Source: an uncultured Pelagibacteraceae bacterium
Lineage (GTDB): Bacteria; Pseudomonadota; Alphaproteobacteria; Pelagibacterales; Pelagibacteraceae
Direction of reading: 5' to 3'
Length of the DNA stretch: 64,000 bases
Assembly (NCBI GenBank): GCA_902587435.1
Contig: CACILF010000003.1
Location: forward strand, 7,801-71,800
Made by a program: the position numbers and the translations under genes. A model generated the notes under the pieces. It did not search any database. It was not told the origin of the DNA and worked only from the letters and a program-made list of their open reading frames with translations. Numbering within the stretch: the stretch's first letter is position 1; every line of letters starts with the position of its first letter. Shown in pieces: positions 18,888 through 28,678 of this stretch.

Positions 18888-20339
18888 TTGAAGCTTATGT
18901 ACGAAAAATTTGGACAATTTATTGACGGTAAATGGCAACAGTCGTCTGACAAATCAACATACGAAGTTATTAATCCAGCTAATGAAGAAGTTTTAGGTCA
19001 TGCATCAAAAGCAACATCAGCTGATATTGACAAAGCATTAAACTCTGCTGAAAAAGGTTTGAAAGTTTGGAAACAAACACCACCTTGGCAAAGATCTTAT
19101 ATTATTAGAAAAATAGCTGACAAGATGAGAGAAAAACAAGAAGTCCTGGCAAAATGGATGACTCTCGAGGTAGGCAAACCATTCGCTGAAGCTAAAGTAG
19201 AAGTTGGTGTTTCAGCGGATATTTTTGAATGGAATGCTGAAGAAACAAAAAGGATTTATGGGCAAACAGTTGAGAGCAGATTTGTAGATACAAGAGTACA
19301 TGTTTATTATCAACCAATAGGTGTTGTTGCAGCTTTAACACCATGGAATTTTCCATTGCTTTTATCTTCAAGAAAAATTTCTACAGCTCTAGCAGCTGGT
19401 TGTTCAGTAATAATTAAACCTGATATAATTACTCCAGGGAGTGTGATGGAATTAATAGATATATGTAGGGATTGTGGAGTTCCTCCAGGAGTAGTAAATT
19501 TATTATCTGGCGATCCACCAAGTATAGCTCAACAATTAATTTCATCAGACATTATCAAAAAAATTTCAGTTACAGGATCTACAAGAGTAGGAAAATTAAT
19601 CCTCAAACAAGCAGCAGAAAAAGTTCAAAGAGTTACCATGGAGTTAAGTGGTCATGCTCCATTTATTGTATTTGATGATGCAAATATAGAAAAAGCTACC
19701 GATATGGCTATTGCTGCAAAGTTTAGAAATAATGGTCAAGTTTGTATCTCTCCTAACAGATTTTACATTCAAGAAAGTAAAAAAGATGAATTTGTAAATC
19801 TCTTTGTTGAAAAAACTAAAAAATTAAAGATAGGTGATGGTATGGATCCAAATGTTCAACTTGGTCCTTTAACAACAAAAAAAAGATTAAATGAATTAGA
19901 AGAATTAGTTGAAACAACTAAAAAAGAAGGTGCAAAAGTATTATTAGGCGGTAAAAGACCTGCTGGCTTTAATAAAGGTTTTTATTATGAACCAACAATT
20001 TTTGATAATGTAAAAGATGATTATACCATTATGAAAGTGGAGCCATTCGGTCCACTAGTACCAATGTTATCTTTTAAATCATTTGATGAAGTAATTGAAA
20101 GAGCAAATAATAATGATTTAGGCCTTAGTAGCTACATATGCACAAACTCAATGGAACAAGCACATAGAGCATCAGAACTAATGGAAACGGGTACTGTTGC
20201 GGTTAACACTCCTTTAGTAGCCATAGCAGAAGCACCGTTTGGAGGAATAAAACAAACTGGATATGGAAGAGAAGGTGGTTCAATGGCGATTAAAGATTAT
20301 TTGAATGTTAAATACACACACCTTGGTATCAAAGGTTAG
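18888..20339 (+). CDS. NAD(P)-dependent aldehyde dehydrogenase, SSADH/2-ketoglutarate semialdehyde dehydrogenase-like (likely ATG start 18897)
   Basis: TPWNFP, TGST, EL.GHAP, KFRN.GQVCISP, EPFGP. Confidence 0.9.
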   Translation: MKLMYEKFGQFIDGKWQQSSDKSTYEVINPANEEVLGHASKATSADIDKALNSAEKGLKVWKQTPPWQRSYIIRKIADKMREKQEVLAKWMTLEVGKPFAEAKVEVGVSADIFEWNAEETKRIYGQTVESRFVDTRVHVYYQPIGVVAALTPWNFPLLLSSRKISTALAAGCSVIIKPDIITPGSVMELIDICRDCGVPPGVVNLLSGDPPSIAQQLISSDIIKKISVTGSTRVGKLILKQAAEKVQRVTMELSGHAPFIVFDDANIEKATDMAIAAKFRNNGQVCISPNRFYIQESKKDEFVNLFVEKTKKLKIGDGMDPNVQLGPLTTKKRLNELEELVETTKKEGAKVLLGGKRPAGFNKGFYYEPTIFDNVKDDYTIMKVEPFGPLVPMLSFKSFDEVIERANNNDLGLSSYICTNSMEQAHRASELMETGTVAVNTPLVAIAEAPFGGIKQTGYGREGGSMAIKDYLNVKYTHLGIKG

Positions 20340-20366
20340 TTAATTGAGAAAAAATAAGCTTAAAAA

Positions 20367-21275
20367 TTGATGCAAATAGGAATAGATTTAGGAGCCAGCA
20401 AAATAGAGAGTGTTGTCTTGTCCGAAGATGGAAAGGAACATTTAAGAGAAAGAGAGCATACGCCACAAAGTTACAATGAGACAATAAACCTTATAAAAAA
20501 AATAGTAATAGAGATTGAAAGAAAATTTAACAAAGAATTAAATGTTGGTTTATGTCATCCAGGCGCAATAATTCCTTCAACTGGTAAACATAAAAATGCA
20601 AACAATACTTTATGGTTAAATAATAGAACATTACAAAAAGATATATCTAAAGAACTTAATAAAAATGTTTATTGTGAAAACGATGCAAATTGCCTTGCTT
20701 TATCTGAAGCTATTGATGGATCTGCGAAAAATTATAAGACAGTTTTTGGTGTAATACTTGGCTCAGGATGTGGAGGTGGGTTAGTTATTAATAAAAAAAT
20801 TATTTCAGGATCAAATAATAATGCAGGTGAATGGGGCCATAACCCTTTACCATATTTTGGATTAATCGAAGATGAAGTTTCTCCATTATCGAAAGATAGT
20901 GTCTTTGTACCTAATATTTCTATTGAAAAATATGTTTCAGGCAAAGGATTAGAAGACTTATATTTCGAAAAATTTAAAAAAAAAACTTCATCAGAAGAAA
21001 TATTTAAAAACCAAAAGGAAAATCAAAAATTTATAGATAATTTCTATAACAGGCTCTCAAGAAGTTTGTCTACATTAATAAATACTATTGATCCAGAGGT
21101 TATAGTTTTCGGTGGAGGGCTATCAAATGAAATTAATGATTTGAATTTACTTAAATATATGACAGGAAATTTTGCTGGATCTTCGAATATAAATACAGAA
21201 TTCGTTAAACCCATGTACGGAGATGCAAGTGGAGTTAGAGGAGCTGCTAGACTAGGAAAAACAACTAATTATTGA
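20367..21275 (+). CDS. ROK family sugar kinase (Mak/fructokinase-like)
   Basis: GIDLG, ENDANC, AGEWGHNPLP, GDASGVRGAA. Confidence 0.88.
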   Translation: MMQIGIDLGASKIESVVLSEDGKEHLREREHTPQSYNETINLIKKIVIEIERKFNKELNVGLCHPGAIIPSTGKHKNANNTLWLNNRTLQKDISKELNKNVYCENDANCLALSEAIDGSAKNYKTVFGVILGSGCGGGLVINKKIISGSNNNAGEWGHNPLPYFGLIEDEVSPLSKDSVFVPNISIEKYVSGKGLEDLYFEKFKKKTSSEEIFKNQKENQKFIDNFYNRLSRSLSTLINTIDPEVIVFGGGLSNEINDLNLLKYMTGNFAGSSNINTEFVKPMYGDASGVRGAARLGKTTNY

Positions 21276-21289
21276 TATTATAAAATAAA

Positions 21290-22132
21290 ATGAAATTTTT
21301 ACGAATAGGGATCAAAGGAAAAGAAAAACCAGCAGTGTTGGACAAAGATGGAAAAATTAGAGATTTAAGTTCAAAAATAAAAGATTTTAGTCCTAAATTT
21401 TTAAACAATTCATCAATAAATAATCTTAAAAATTTAAATTTAGCCGATCTCCCCGAACTATCCAAAAGTGAAAGAGTTGGTGCTTGCATAGTAAAACCAG
21501 GAAAATTTGTTGCAATAGGATTAAATTATTCTGATCATGCAAAAGAAACAGGAGCCAAAACACCAACAGAACCTATAGTCTTCATGAAAGCGACTAGCAG
21601 TATTTCAGGACCGAATGACAATATAGAAATGCCAAAAGACTCTTCCAAGTTAGATTGGGAAGTTGAGTTAGCAATAGTTATTGGAAAAGAAGCAAAAAAT
21701 ATTTCTGAGAAAGAAGCGTCAGATCATATATTAGGCTACTGTATTGTTAATGATGTTAGCGAAAGAGAATGGCAACTTGAGAAATCAGGTCAATGGGTTA
21801 AAGGAAAGTCAGGTGATACATTTGGACCAACGGGACCTTATTTAGTAACTCAAGATGAAATTCCTGATATTAATAATTTAAATTTAATATTAGAAGTTAA
21901 TGAAAAAAAAATGCAATCTGGCAATACAAAGAATATGATTTTTAATGTAAATTTTTTAATTTCTTATTTGAGTAAGTTTATGTCTTTACAACCAGGTGAT
22001 TTAATTACTACAGGAACCCCTGCAGGAGTTGGAATGGGAATGAAGCCACAAGTATTTTTAAAATCAGGCGATAACATTAAATTGAGTATAGATTTTTTGG
22101 GCGAACAAAATTCAAAAGTTGTAATTAAATAA
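21290..22132 (+). CDS. Fumarylacetoacetate hydrolase family protein
   Basis: IGLNYSDHA, DWEVEL, NDVSER, KGKS.DTFGP, TGTP.GVG. Confidence 0.92.
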   Translation: MKFLRIGIKGKEKPAVLDKDGKIRDLSSKIKDFSPKFLNNSSINNLKNLNLADLPELSKSERVGACIVKPGKFVAIGLNYSDHAKETGAKTPTEPIVFMKATSSISGPNDNIEMPKDSSKLDWEVELAIVIGKEAKNISEKEASDHILGYCIVNDVSEREWQLEKSGQWVKGKSGDTFGPTGPYLVTQDEIPDINNLNLILEVNEKKMQSGNTKNMIFNVNFLISYLSKFMSLQPGDLITTGTPAGVGMGMKPQVFLKSGDNIKLSIDFLGEQNSKVVIK

Positions 22133-22140
22133 AATAAACT

Positions 22141-22848
22141 ATGTTTGAATTATTTATTGCTTTGGGCGCAGGATTAATTAGCTTTTTATCTCCCTGTGTT
22201 TTACCTCTTATTCCAGGTTATATTTCTTATATTTCTGGAAGTTCACTTAATGAATTAGTTGAGAAAAAAAATATTAATTTAATACCAATCATTTTATTTA
22301 CTGTTGGTTTTTCTATCGTCTTTATAATTTTTGGAGCAGCATCAACTTTTTTAGGTCAATTATTACTTCAAAATTCTTTCGAATTAAGAATACTAGCAGG
22401 AGTTATTATTATTATTTTTTCACTCCATATAATTGGTGTAATAAATTTAAAGTTTTTGAATTATGAAAAAAGAATTCAAACAAATACTAATAAAAATATA
22501 TTTAGTCCTATACTTATCGGAGCTGCTTTTGGTTTTGGCTGGACCCCATGTATTGGTCCAATTTTAGGTTCTATTTTAGCTTTAGCAGCAACAGAAGAGA
22601 GTATTAATAAAGGAATACTGCTATTATTTTTTTACTCATTAGGTTTGGCTATTCCATTTATTCTATCAGGATACTTAATACAGAGATTTTTGATATTTTC
22701 TAAAAACTTTAAAAAGAATATTAATTTAGTATCAAAAATTGGTGGAATAATTTTGCTTATCACAGGTATTTTGATTTTAACTAATCAACTACAGACTTTG
22801 GGTTATTATATTTTAAATATCTTTCCATTTTTGCAAAATTTTGGATAA
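22141..22848 (+). CDS. ccdA: Cytochrome c biogenesis protein CcdA (DsbD-beta)
   Basis: SFLSPCVLPL and WTPCIGPIL cysteine motifs. Confidence 0.92.
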   Translation: MFELFIALGAGLISFLSPCVLPLIPGYISYISGSSLNELVEKKNINLIPIILFTVGFSIVFIIFGAASTFLGQLLLQNSFELRILAGVIIIIFSLHIIGVINLKFLNYEKRIQTNTNKNIFSPILIGAAFGFGWTPCIGPILGSILALAATEESINKGILLLFFYSLGLAIPFILSGYLIQRFLIFSKNFKKNINLVSKIGGIILLITGILILTNQLQTLGYYILNIFPFLQNFG

Positions 22849-22857
22849 AACTTAATT

Positions 22858-23439
22858 ATGAAAATTTATCAAATTGATTGTAGTGCTAGAAAAAAAGGAT
22901 CTGCTTCAAGAGAATTAGCAAAAAAACTTTTAGAAAAAATTAAAAAACCAGAAGATGAAGTGATTTATAGAGACTTAGACGATGAGATGCTTTTTGTGGC
23001 TGGTCTTACAGAATCTGGAATGTCTATACCTGAAAATGAAAGGACAGATCAACACAAAAAAATGTTTGAGTTGTCTGACAAATTAGTAAAGGAATTAAAA
23101 GAAAGTGATATTATAATAATTTCAACACCGATATATAATTTTGGCCCACCTGCAACTCTAAAAGCTTGGTCTGATCTTGCCGCAAGAGTAAAATCAACTT
23201 TTAAATATTCTGAAGATGGAAAACAAATAGGACTTTTAGAAAGCAAAAAAGTCTACCTGGTAATTACTTCTGGAGGAACAAAAGTAGGAAGTAAAGAAGA
23301 TTATTTATCTCCTTGGCTTATACACGTATTAAATTTTTTTGGTATTAAAAATATACAGACTATTTCAGCAGATCAAATGTCAATAGATTATGAAGGATCA
23401 ATAAAAAAAGCTGAAGAACAAATAAGTAAAATAACTTAA
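22858..23439 (+). CDS. azoR: FMN-dependent NADH-azoreductase/quinone reductase
   Basis: SAR..SASREL, PIYNFG.PATLKAW.D, TFKYS, TSGG. Confidence 0.88.
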   Translation: MKIYQIDCSARKKGSASRELAKKLLEKIKKPEDEVIYRDLDDEMLFVAGLTESGMSIPENERTDQHKKMFELSDKLVKELKESDIIIISTPIYNFGPPATLKAWSDLAARVKSTFKYSEDGKQIGLLESKKVYLVITSGGTKVGSKEDYLSPWLIHVLNFFGIKNIQTISADQMSIDYEGSIKKAEEQISKIT

Positions 23440-23441
23440 AA

Positions 23442-24302
23442 TTATTTTTTTTCTGGCTTAGTAAATACTATTAAGATCACTCCAATTATAATTACAGCGC
23501 CTCCAATAAATAATTCTTTGGTTGGTTCTTCCCCTAAAAGAAAAATTGCAGCTAATAATCCAGTAGGAGGTATACCCATGGTGACTATTGGTAGAACTTT
23601 GTATAATGGATTTCTTTTTAAAACATAATAGAAACAACCATAAGTTATTGGCTGCATAATAAATCCTAGGTAAATTGCTATCATCCAACTTTCAAAACTT
23701 GCATTTTTAAAGTAGTTGATTGTATTTCCATCAAATATTGCAGAAAGTCCTATTAATATTGGTCCAGAAAATAAACCTAACCAAGCAACAAGTGCCAATG
23801 GATTTATTTCTTTACTTAATGGTTTTACTAAAACTTGTCCTAATGCCCAAACACCTGATCCTATAATAGTTAATGAGATACCAAGAACTTTACCATCTAA
23901 GTTAGGGGATCCGGTTAGAATATAAACACCAACAAATGCAATAGCTATTCCTATTAAAGCCCTGACTGTTGGTTTTTCTTTAAGCATAAAGTATGCAAAC
24001 AAAACTCCGAAAGGAACTTCAGTTTGAACAAGCAAAACTGCTGCTGAAGCATCTATCAAATCTAAACCAGTGTAAGTGATACTATACTGTATTGTATTTG
24101 CTATTAGAGAAGCAAAAAAAATTTTTTTAAGATAACCTCTTGGTATTGGAAACCACCAAACTAAAAGTAATGCTACAAAAGTAAATCGTAACCCCATCAA
24201 TAAAAATGGAGGTAAATACTCCATAGCAGGTTTTGCGATAACAAAACCAAATCCTAAAAAAATTGGAACTAAGGCAGCAATTAAAGAATCTCGAAGCGTC
24301 AA
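23442..24302 (-). CDS. EamA family transporter
   Basis: Two EamA repeats; overlaps stop of the dioxygenase gene. Confidence 0.88.
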   Translation of the reverse strand: MTLRDSLIAALVPIFLGFGFVIAKPAMEYLPPFLLMGLRFTFVALLLVWWFPIPRGYLKKIFFASLIANTIQYSITYTGLDLIDASAAVLLVQTEVPFGVLFAYFMLKEKPTVRALIGIAIAFVGVYILTGSPNLDGKVLGISLTIIGSGVWALGQVLVKPLSKEINPLALVAWLGLFSGPILIGLSAIFDGNTINYFKNASFESWMIAIYLGFIMQPITYGCFYYVLKRNPLYKVLPIVTMGIPPTGLLAAIFLLGEEPTKELFIGGAVIIIGVILIVFTKPEKK

Positions 24303-25402
24303 AGCTTAAATTTTCTTTTTAAATGTCTTAATTTACCTTCTGTACTATCAAAATCTATGTAACAACCTTGTAGAAATCTTTTTCCTTCTTTTGGATCAAA
24401 CTTAGTTCTTCCATGTAAAACTCTATAATTATCCATCATCATAAGATCTTTCGGAGTTAATTTAAATTCTATTCTATTTTTTTCGGAGTTATATAAATCA
24501 GATAATTTTTTTCTTGCTTTATAATATAAATCTAATTTATTTTTTTCTAACACTGGCACATAGTCTAGTCTTGGACTAAATCTTACTTGCTTAAATTCTT
24601 TATTATCATCTAAATGAATTAATTCAGACCAATCTTCTAACATTACGCTTTTGTCAGTAAATTTAAATCTAACTTTTACTTCGGAAAGAATTTTATAAAA
24701 TTCAGGATTATCTTTTTTAAGATTTTCAGTTACAGTATATCCGTCTACAAGTGTTGAAAAACCTCCCTTAACTTCATTTTCAATACAATGTAATAGTTGA
24801 ATACAAGGCACTGGATTTCTGTAAGGATTATCAGTATGTGGACTTAAATGTAATGTTGTATAAGCTAAATCATTTGGATTTGATTTAGATTTAACATTGA
24901 AATGTTCTCCAAAGTTAGTCCTTCTTACACTACCAATTGAATTTGCAAATTTAACAATATAATTATTTTCTGTAGGGACATTTTTTACAACAACAAAACC
25001 AAATTCATAAAATGAAACTAATAAATCATACATTTCTTTTGATTCAAAAAAACCTTCTTTGTATTCAAAATTTTTTATATTTTTTAAAGTAGAGTCCCAT
25101 TTTTTTTTGGGTATTGATTTAATTACAGTATCTTTATTTGAAAATTCAGTTTCGAGTTTAGTTATATCAAGTTTAGAGTTTACTCCATCATTAAAATCAA
25201 CTTCAAGAAAACCATTTTTTATCTGAGCTTTTTTTATAATTATTTCTCCATTCATTGTTGATGGATCAAACAATCTTTGTTGTGTGCCTTTGTCTAAAAA
25301 TTCATCTCCGTCAACTCTTTCCCTTAACCAAAAAGGGTGAATCTCTTGAACTGATTCGCCATTATTAAAGAAAACTTTATTTTCGTTTAGTTCAATTTTC
25401 AT
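24299..25402 (-). CDS. Gamma-butyrobetaine hydroxylase-like TauD/TfdA dioxygenase
   Basis: WLRE N-domain, DLAYT..L.PHTDNPY, DNYRVLHGR, RFLQGCY. Confidence 0.88.
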   Translation of the reverse strand: MKIELNENKVFFNNGESVQEIHPFWLRERVDGDEFLDKGTQQRLFDPSTMNGEIIIKKAQIKNGFLEVDFNDGVNSKLDITKLETEFSNKDTVIKSIPKKKWDSTLKNIKNFEYKEGFFESKEMYDLLVSFYEFGFVVVKNVPTENNYIVKFANSIGSVRRTNFGEHFNVKSKSNPNDLAYTTLHLSPHTDNPYRNPVPCIQLLHCIENEVKGGFSTLVDGYTVTENLKKDNPEFYKILSEVKVRFKFTDKSVMLEDWSELIHLDDNKEFKQVRFSPRLDYVPVLEKNKLDLYYKARKKLSDLYNSEKNRIEFKLTPKDLMMMDNYRVLHGRTKFDPKEGKRFLQGCYIDFDSTEGKLRHLKRKFKL

Positions 25403-25459
25403 AAGATTTTTTGAGGATTATTTAAAATTTAGCTTTAATCAAGATAAATAAGATAGTAT

Positions 25460-26275
25460 GTGATTGTTGCCATGGATCAATTAAGCAAAAAAGAATTCAG
25501 ATATTATGCTAATTTTTTAAATCGATTAGCAAGGGACATGACTAAGTTTTATAATTTAAAGCTAAACAAGCCCTTTAAACCTATAAACAAAAGTAGAGGA
25601 AAAGGTTACGACCCAGTGACTAAAGCAGACAGAGCTTTTGAGAAATTTATAAGATCTAAAATTCAAAAGAAATTTCCAAAACATGAGATTATCGGTGAAG
25701 AATTTGGTCGAAAAAAATCTAAAAGTGATTTTACATGGGTGATTGATCCGATTGATGGAACTAGATCATTTGTCATTGGCAATCCAACCTGGAGCAATTT
25801 AATTGCATTAAATTATAAAGGAAACCCAATAGTTGGATTAGCTAATTTTCCAAAATTAAATAAGTATTATTTAAATATTTCAAAAAATAATGCTTATGTA
25901 ATACAGGGAGGAAAAAAAAGAAAACTCTCGGTAAATAAAAAAGTTACTTTTAAAAATATTAAAGTTGCAGGAGCGTTTCATGGTTGGCTTTCATTAAAGA
26001 AACAAAGTAAAATTCCTAAAGTTTTAAAACTTATGCAATTTCCATGTTTTGATGCATTGAGCTATGCTCATTTTTGTGAAGGAAAAATTGATATTGTTCT
26101 TCAATGTCAAAATAAAATATGGGATGTGCACGCTCTCATTCCAATAATTTCTGCAGCAGGTGGAGTAGCAACTAACTGGAAGAATGGAGAAGCTAAACAT
26201 GGAGGTAGCATTTTAGTTTCAGCAAATAAAGCTATACACAAAAAAATGTTAAAACTTTTAAAGCCAGCGCTTTAA
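25460..26275 (+). CDS. Inositol monophosphatase family, HisN-like (likely ATG start 25472)
   Basis: DPVT.AD, GEE, WVIDPIDGTRSF, WD. Confidence 0.85.
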   Translation: MIVAMDQLSKKEFRYYANFLNRLARDMTKFYNLKLNKPFKPINKSRGKGYDPVTKADRAFEKFIRSKIQKKFPKHEIIGEEFGRKKSKSDFTWVIDPIDGTRSFVIGNPTWSNLIALNYKGNPIVGLANFPKLNKYYLNISKNNAYVIQGGKKRKLSVNKKVTFKNIKVAGAFHGWLSLKKQSKIPKVLKLMQFPCFDALSYAHFCEGKIDIVLQCQNKIWDVHALIPIISAAGGVATNWKNGEAKHGGSILVSANKAIHKKMLKLLKPAL

Positions 26276-26278
26276 ATA

Positions 26279-27001
26279 ATGAAAGTAATTATTTTACAAC
26301 ATATAAGCATAGAAGATCCTGGATACATTAAAGATTTAATGATTAAGGATGGTGCTGAATTAACTACTATTGAATTAGATGAAGGTCAAAAAATACCATC
26401 TGATCTATCAAAGTTTGATGGAATGTTTTGTATGGGTGGTCCAATGGATACCTGGATGGAAAAAGATTATCCATGGTTAATTGAAGAAAAAAAAGCAATT
26501 AATGAATTTGTTGTTTTTTTAAAAAAACCTTACCTGGGATTTTGTTTAGGATGTCAATTGTTAGGAGAAGTCACAGGAGGCAAAGTTGTAAAATCTAAAA
26601 ACCCTGAAATTGGAATGCTGGATATAAATTTTACAGAAAATAAAAAAAATGACTTATTATTTTCTAAATTTCCAGAAAAAATTAAATCACTTCAGTGGCA
26701 CTCTTATGAAGTTCAAGAATTAGAAAAAAATAAAGACATAACTTTAATTGCTTCATCTCCAGAAACAAAATATCAAATCTTTAAGTATAAAAATCATGCT
26801 TATGGAATTCAATTTCATATAGAAATTAAAAAAACTACAGTTAGCGAATGGGGATGTGTTCCTGAATATAAATCCGCTTTAGAAAAACAACTTGGAGAAG
26901 GGGCGCTAGATAAATTTGATAAGGACTCTCAGACTCATATGTCCAGTATGAACGAATATTCTAAAATTTTATATGAAAATTTCAAAAAATTAGTGCAATA
27001 A
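26279..27001 (+). CDS. Type 1 glutamine amidotransferase-like protein
   Basis: GGPM, GFCLGCQ nucleophile, QFHIE. Confidence 0.88.
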   Translation: MKVIILQHISIEDPGYIKDLMIKDGAELTTIELDEGQKIPSDLSKFDGMFCMGGPMDTWMEKDYPWLIEEKKAINEFVVFLKKPYLGFCLGCQLLGEVTGGKVVKSKNPEIGMLDINFTENKKNDLLFSKFPEKIKSLQWHSYEVQELEKNKDITLIASSPETKYQIFKYKNHAYGIQFHIEIKKTTVSEWGCVPEYKSALEKQLGEGALDKFDKDSQTHMSSMNEYSKILYENFKKLVQ

Positions 27002-27062
27002 TTCTTCTTTAGTTTCCCCGATTATTAAGCTAGATTTTTATATTTAATAATTAGGAGGGGAA

Positions 27063-28622
27063 ATGAAATCTAAAAATTTGGTCAAATTTTTGATAGCTAT
27101 TTTATTTGTTTTTTCATCTACACAAACATTTGCAAATACAATTAAATGGTCAATGCAAGGAGACAGTTTAACACTTGATCCACATGCTCAAAACGAAGGA
27201 CCAACAACAATGGTATCAAGACAGATCTATGAAGCTTTAGTTACTAGAGGTTTAGATATGTCTATTGGACCACAACTAGCGGAAAGCTGGGAAGCTACAA
27301 CACCTAAGACTTGGAAATTTAATCTTAGGAAAGATGTAAAGTTTAGCGACGGAACACCTATGACATCTGAAGATGTTGTATTTAGTATCTTGAGAGCTCA
27401 ACAACGTACATCAGACTTTAAAGAATATATAAGCACTATTACATCAGTAAAAGCAACTGACGCTTATACAGTTGAAATTCAAACAAGAGAACCAAATCCA
27501 ATTCTTTTGAACCAATTGTCAAATATATTCGTAATGTCTAAAAAATGGTGTGAAGAAAATTTTGCAATGGCTCCACAAAACTGGGATGCAGGACAAGAAA
27601 CATTCTCTGCAACTAATTCAATGGGGACGGGACCATTTAAAATTACTTTAAGAGAGCCTAATACAAAAACCGTTTTTAAAAAGAATACTAAATGGTGGGG
27701 TGAAGTTGAACATAACATAACTGAGATACACTTACTTCCAATTAAAAATGCAGCAACTAGAGTTGCCGCACTATTATCTGGAGAGTTAGATGTTGTAACA
27801 GATGCTCCAGTTCAAGATTTAGATCGTATTAGAGCATCGGGTGCACATAAAGTTCAAAGTACTCCACAGATGCGTACAATCTTTTTAGGAATGGACCAAG
27901 CTGCTGACCAACTTAGAACTGGTAATACTGGTGATAACCCATTTAAGAAAAAAGAGGTTAGACAAGCACTTTATCAAGCAATTGATATAGAGGCGATTAA
28001 GAAAAAAGTTATGAGAGGTTTAAGTGAGCCTGCAGGAATAATTACTTTCCCAGGAGTTACTGGATACACTAAAGAACTTGATGAAAGATTACCTTACGAC
28101 GTTGATGCTGCAAAACAGTTATTAGCTGATGCGGGTTATCCTGATGGTTTTGAAGTAGAACTAAGATGTCCTAATGACAGATATGTAAATGACGAAGCAA
28201 TTTGTACAGCTGTTGTTGGAATGTTAGGAAAAATTGGTGTTAAAGTAAGTTTATTTGCTCAAACTAAAAGTAAACACTTTAAGGAACTTAAAGATAACCA
28301 AGGAGACTTTTATATGCTAGGTTGGGGTGTTCCTACTTTAGACAGTCACTATGTATTTCATTACTTATATGAATCTGGCGCAAGCTGGAACAAAGTTAAC
28401 TTTAGCGATGCTGAAGTTGATGCTGCAATTAGAGTAATGGAAGGTGAAGTTAATCTAGAGAAAAGAAATGCTGCAATAGCAAATGCTTGGAAAATTGTAA
28501 AAGATAACATTGCTTATCTACCTTTACACCACCAAGTAATTTCTTGGGCATCAAAAAGAAGCGTTGATGTTCCTATAAGACCGAATAACGAACCATTATT
28601 CCGTTTTTCTAACGTAAGATAA
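27063..28622 (+). CDS. ABC transporter substrate-binding protein family 5 (Dpp/Opp)
   Basis: Signal peptide, TLDPH, LAESW, GTGPF, VRQAL..AID; GGAGG RBS. Confidence 0.93.
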   Translation: MKSKNLVKFLIAILFVFSSTQTFANTIKWSMQGDSLTLDPHAQNEGPTTMVSRQIYEALVTRGLDMSIGPQLAESWEATTPKTWKFNLRKDVKFSDGTPMTSEDVVFSILRAQQRTSDFKEYISTITSVKATDAYTVEIQTREPNPILLNQLSNIFVMSKKWCEENFAMAPQNWDAGQETFSATNSMGTGPFKITLREPNTKTVFKKNTKWWGEVEHNITEIHLLPIKNAATRVAALLSGELDVVTDAPVQDLDRIRASGAHKVQSTPQMRTIFLGMDQAADQLRTGNTGDNPFKKKEVRQALYQAIDIEAIKKKVMRGLSEPAGIITFPGVTGYTKELDERLPYDVDAAKQLLADAGYPDGFEVELRCPNDRYVNDEAICTAVVGMLGKIGVKVSLFAQTKSKHFKELKDNQGDFYMLGWGVPTLDSHYVFHYLYESGASWNKVNFSDAEVDAAIRVMEGEVNLEKRNAAIANAWKIVKDNIAYLPLHHQVISWASKRSVDVPIRPNNEPLFRFSNVR

Positions 28623-28630
28623 ATTAATTA

Positions 28631-28663
28631 TTTACAAGCCCTTTTTATTAAAGGGCTTGTAAA
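28631..28663 (+). terminator. Stem-loop after the binding-protein gene (mRNA stabiliser/attenuator)
   Basis: TTTACAAGCCCTTT-TTATT-AAAGGGCTTGTAAA, perfect 14-bp stem. Confidence 0.8.
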
Positions 28664-28678
28664 CAAAATTTTCATAAG

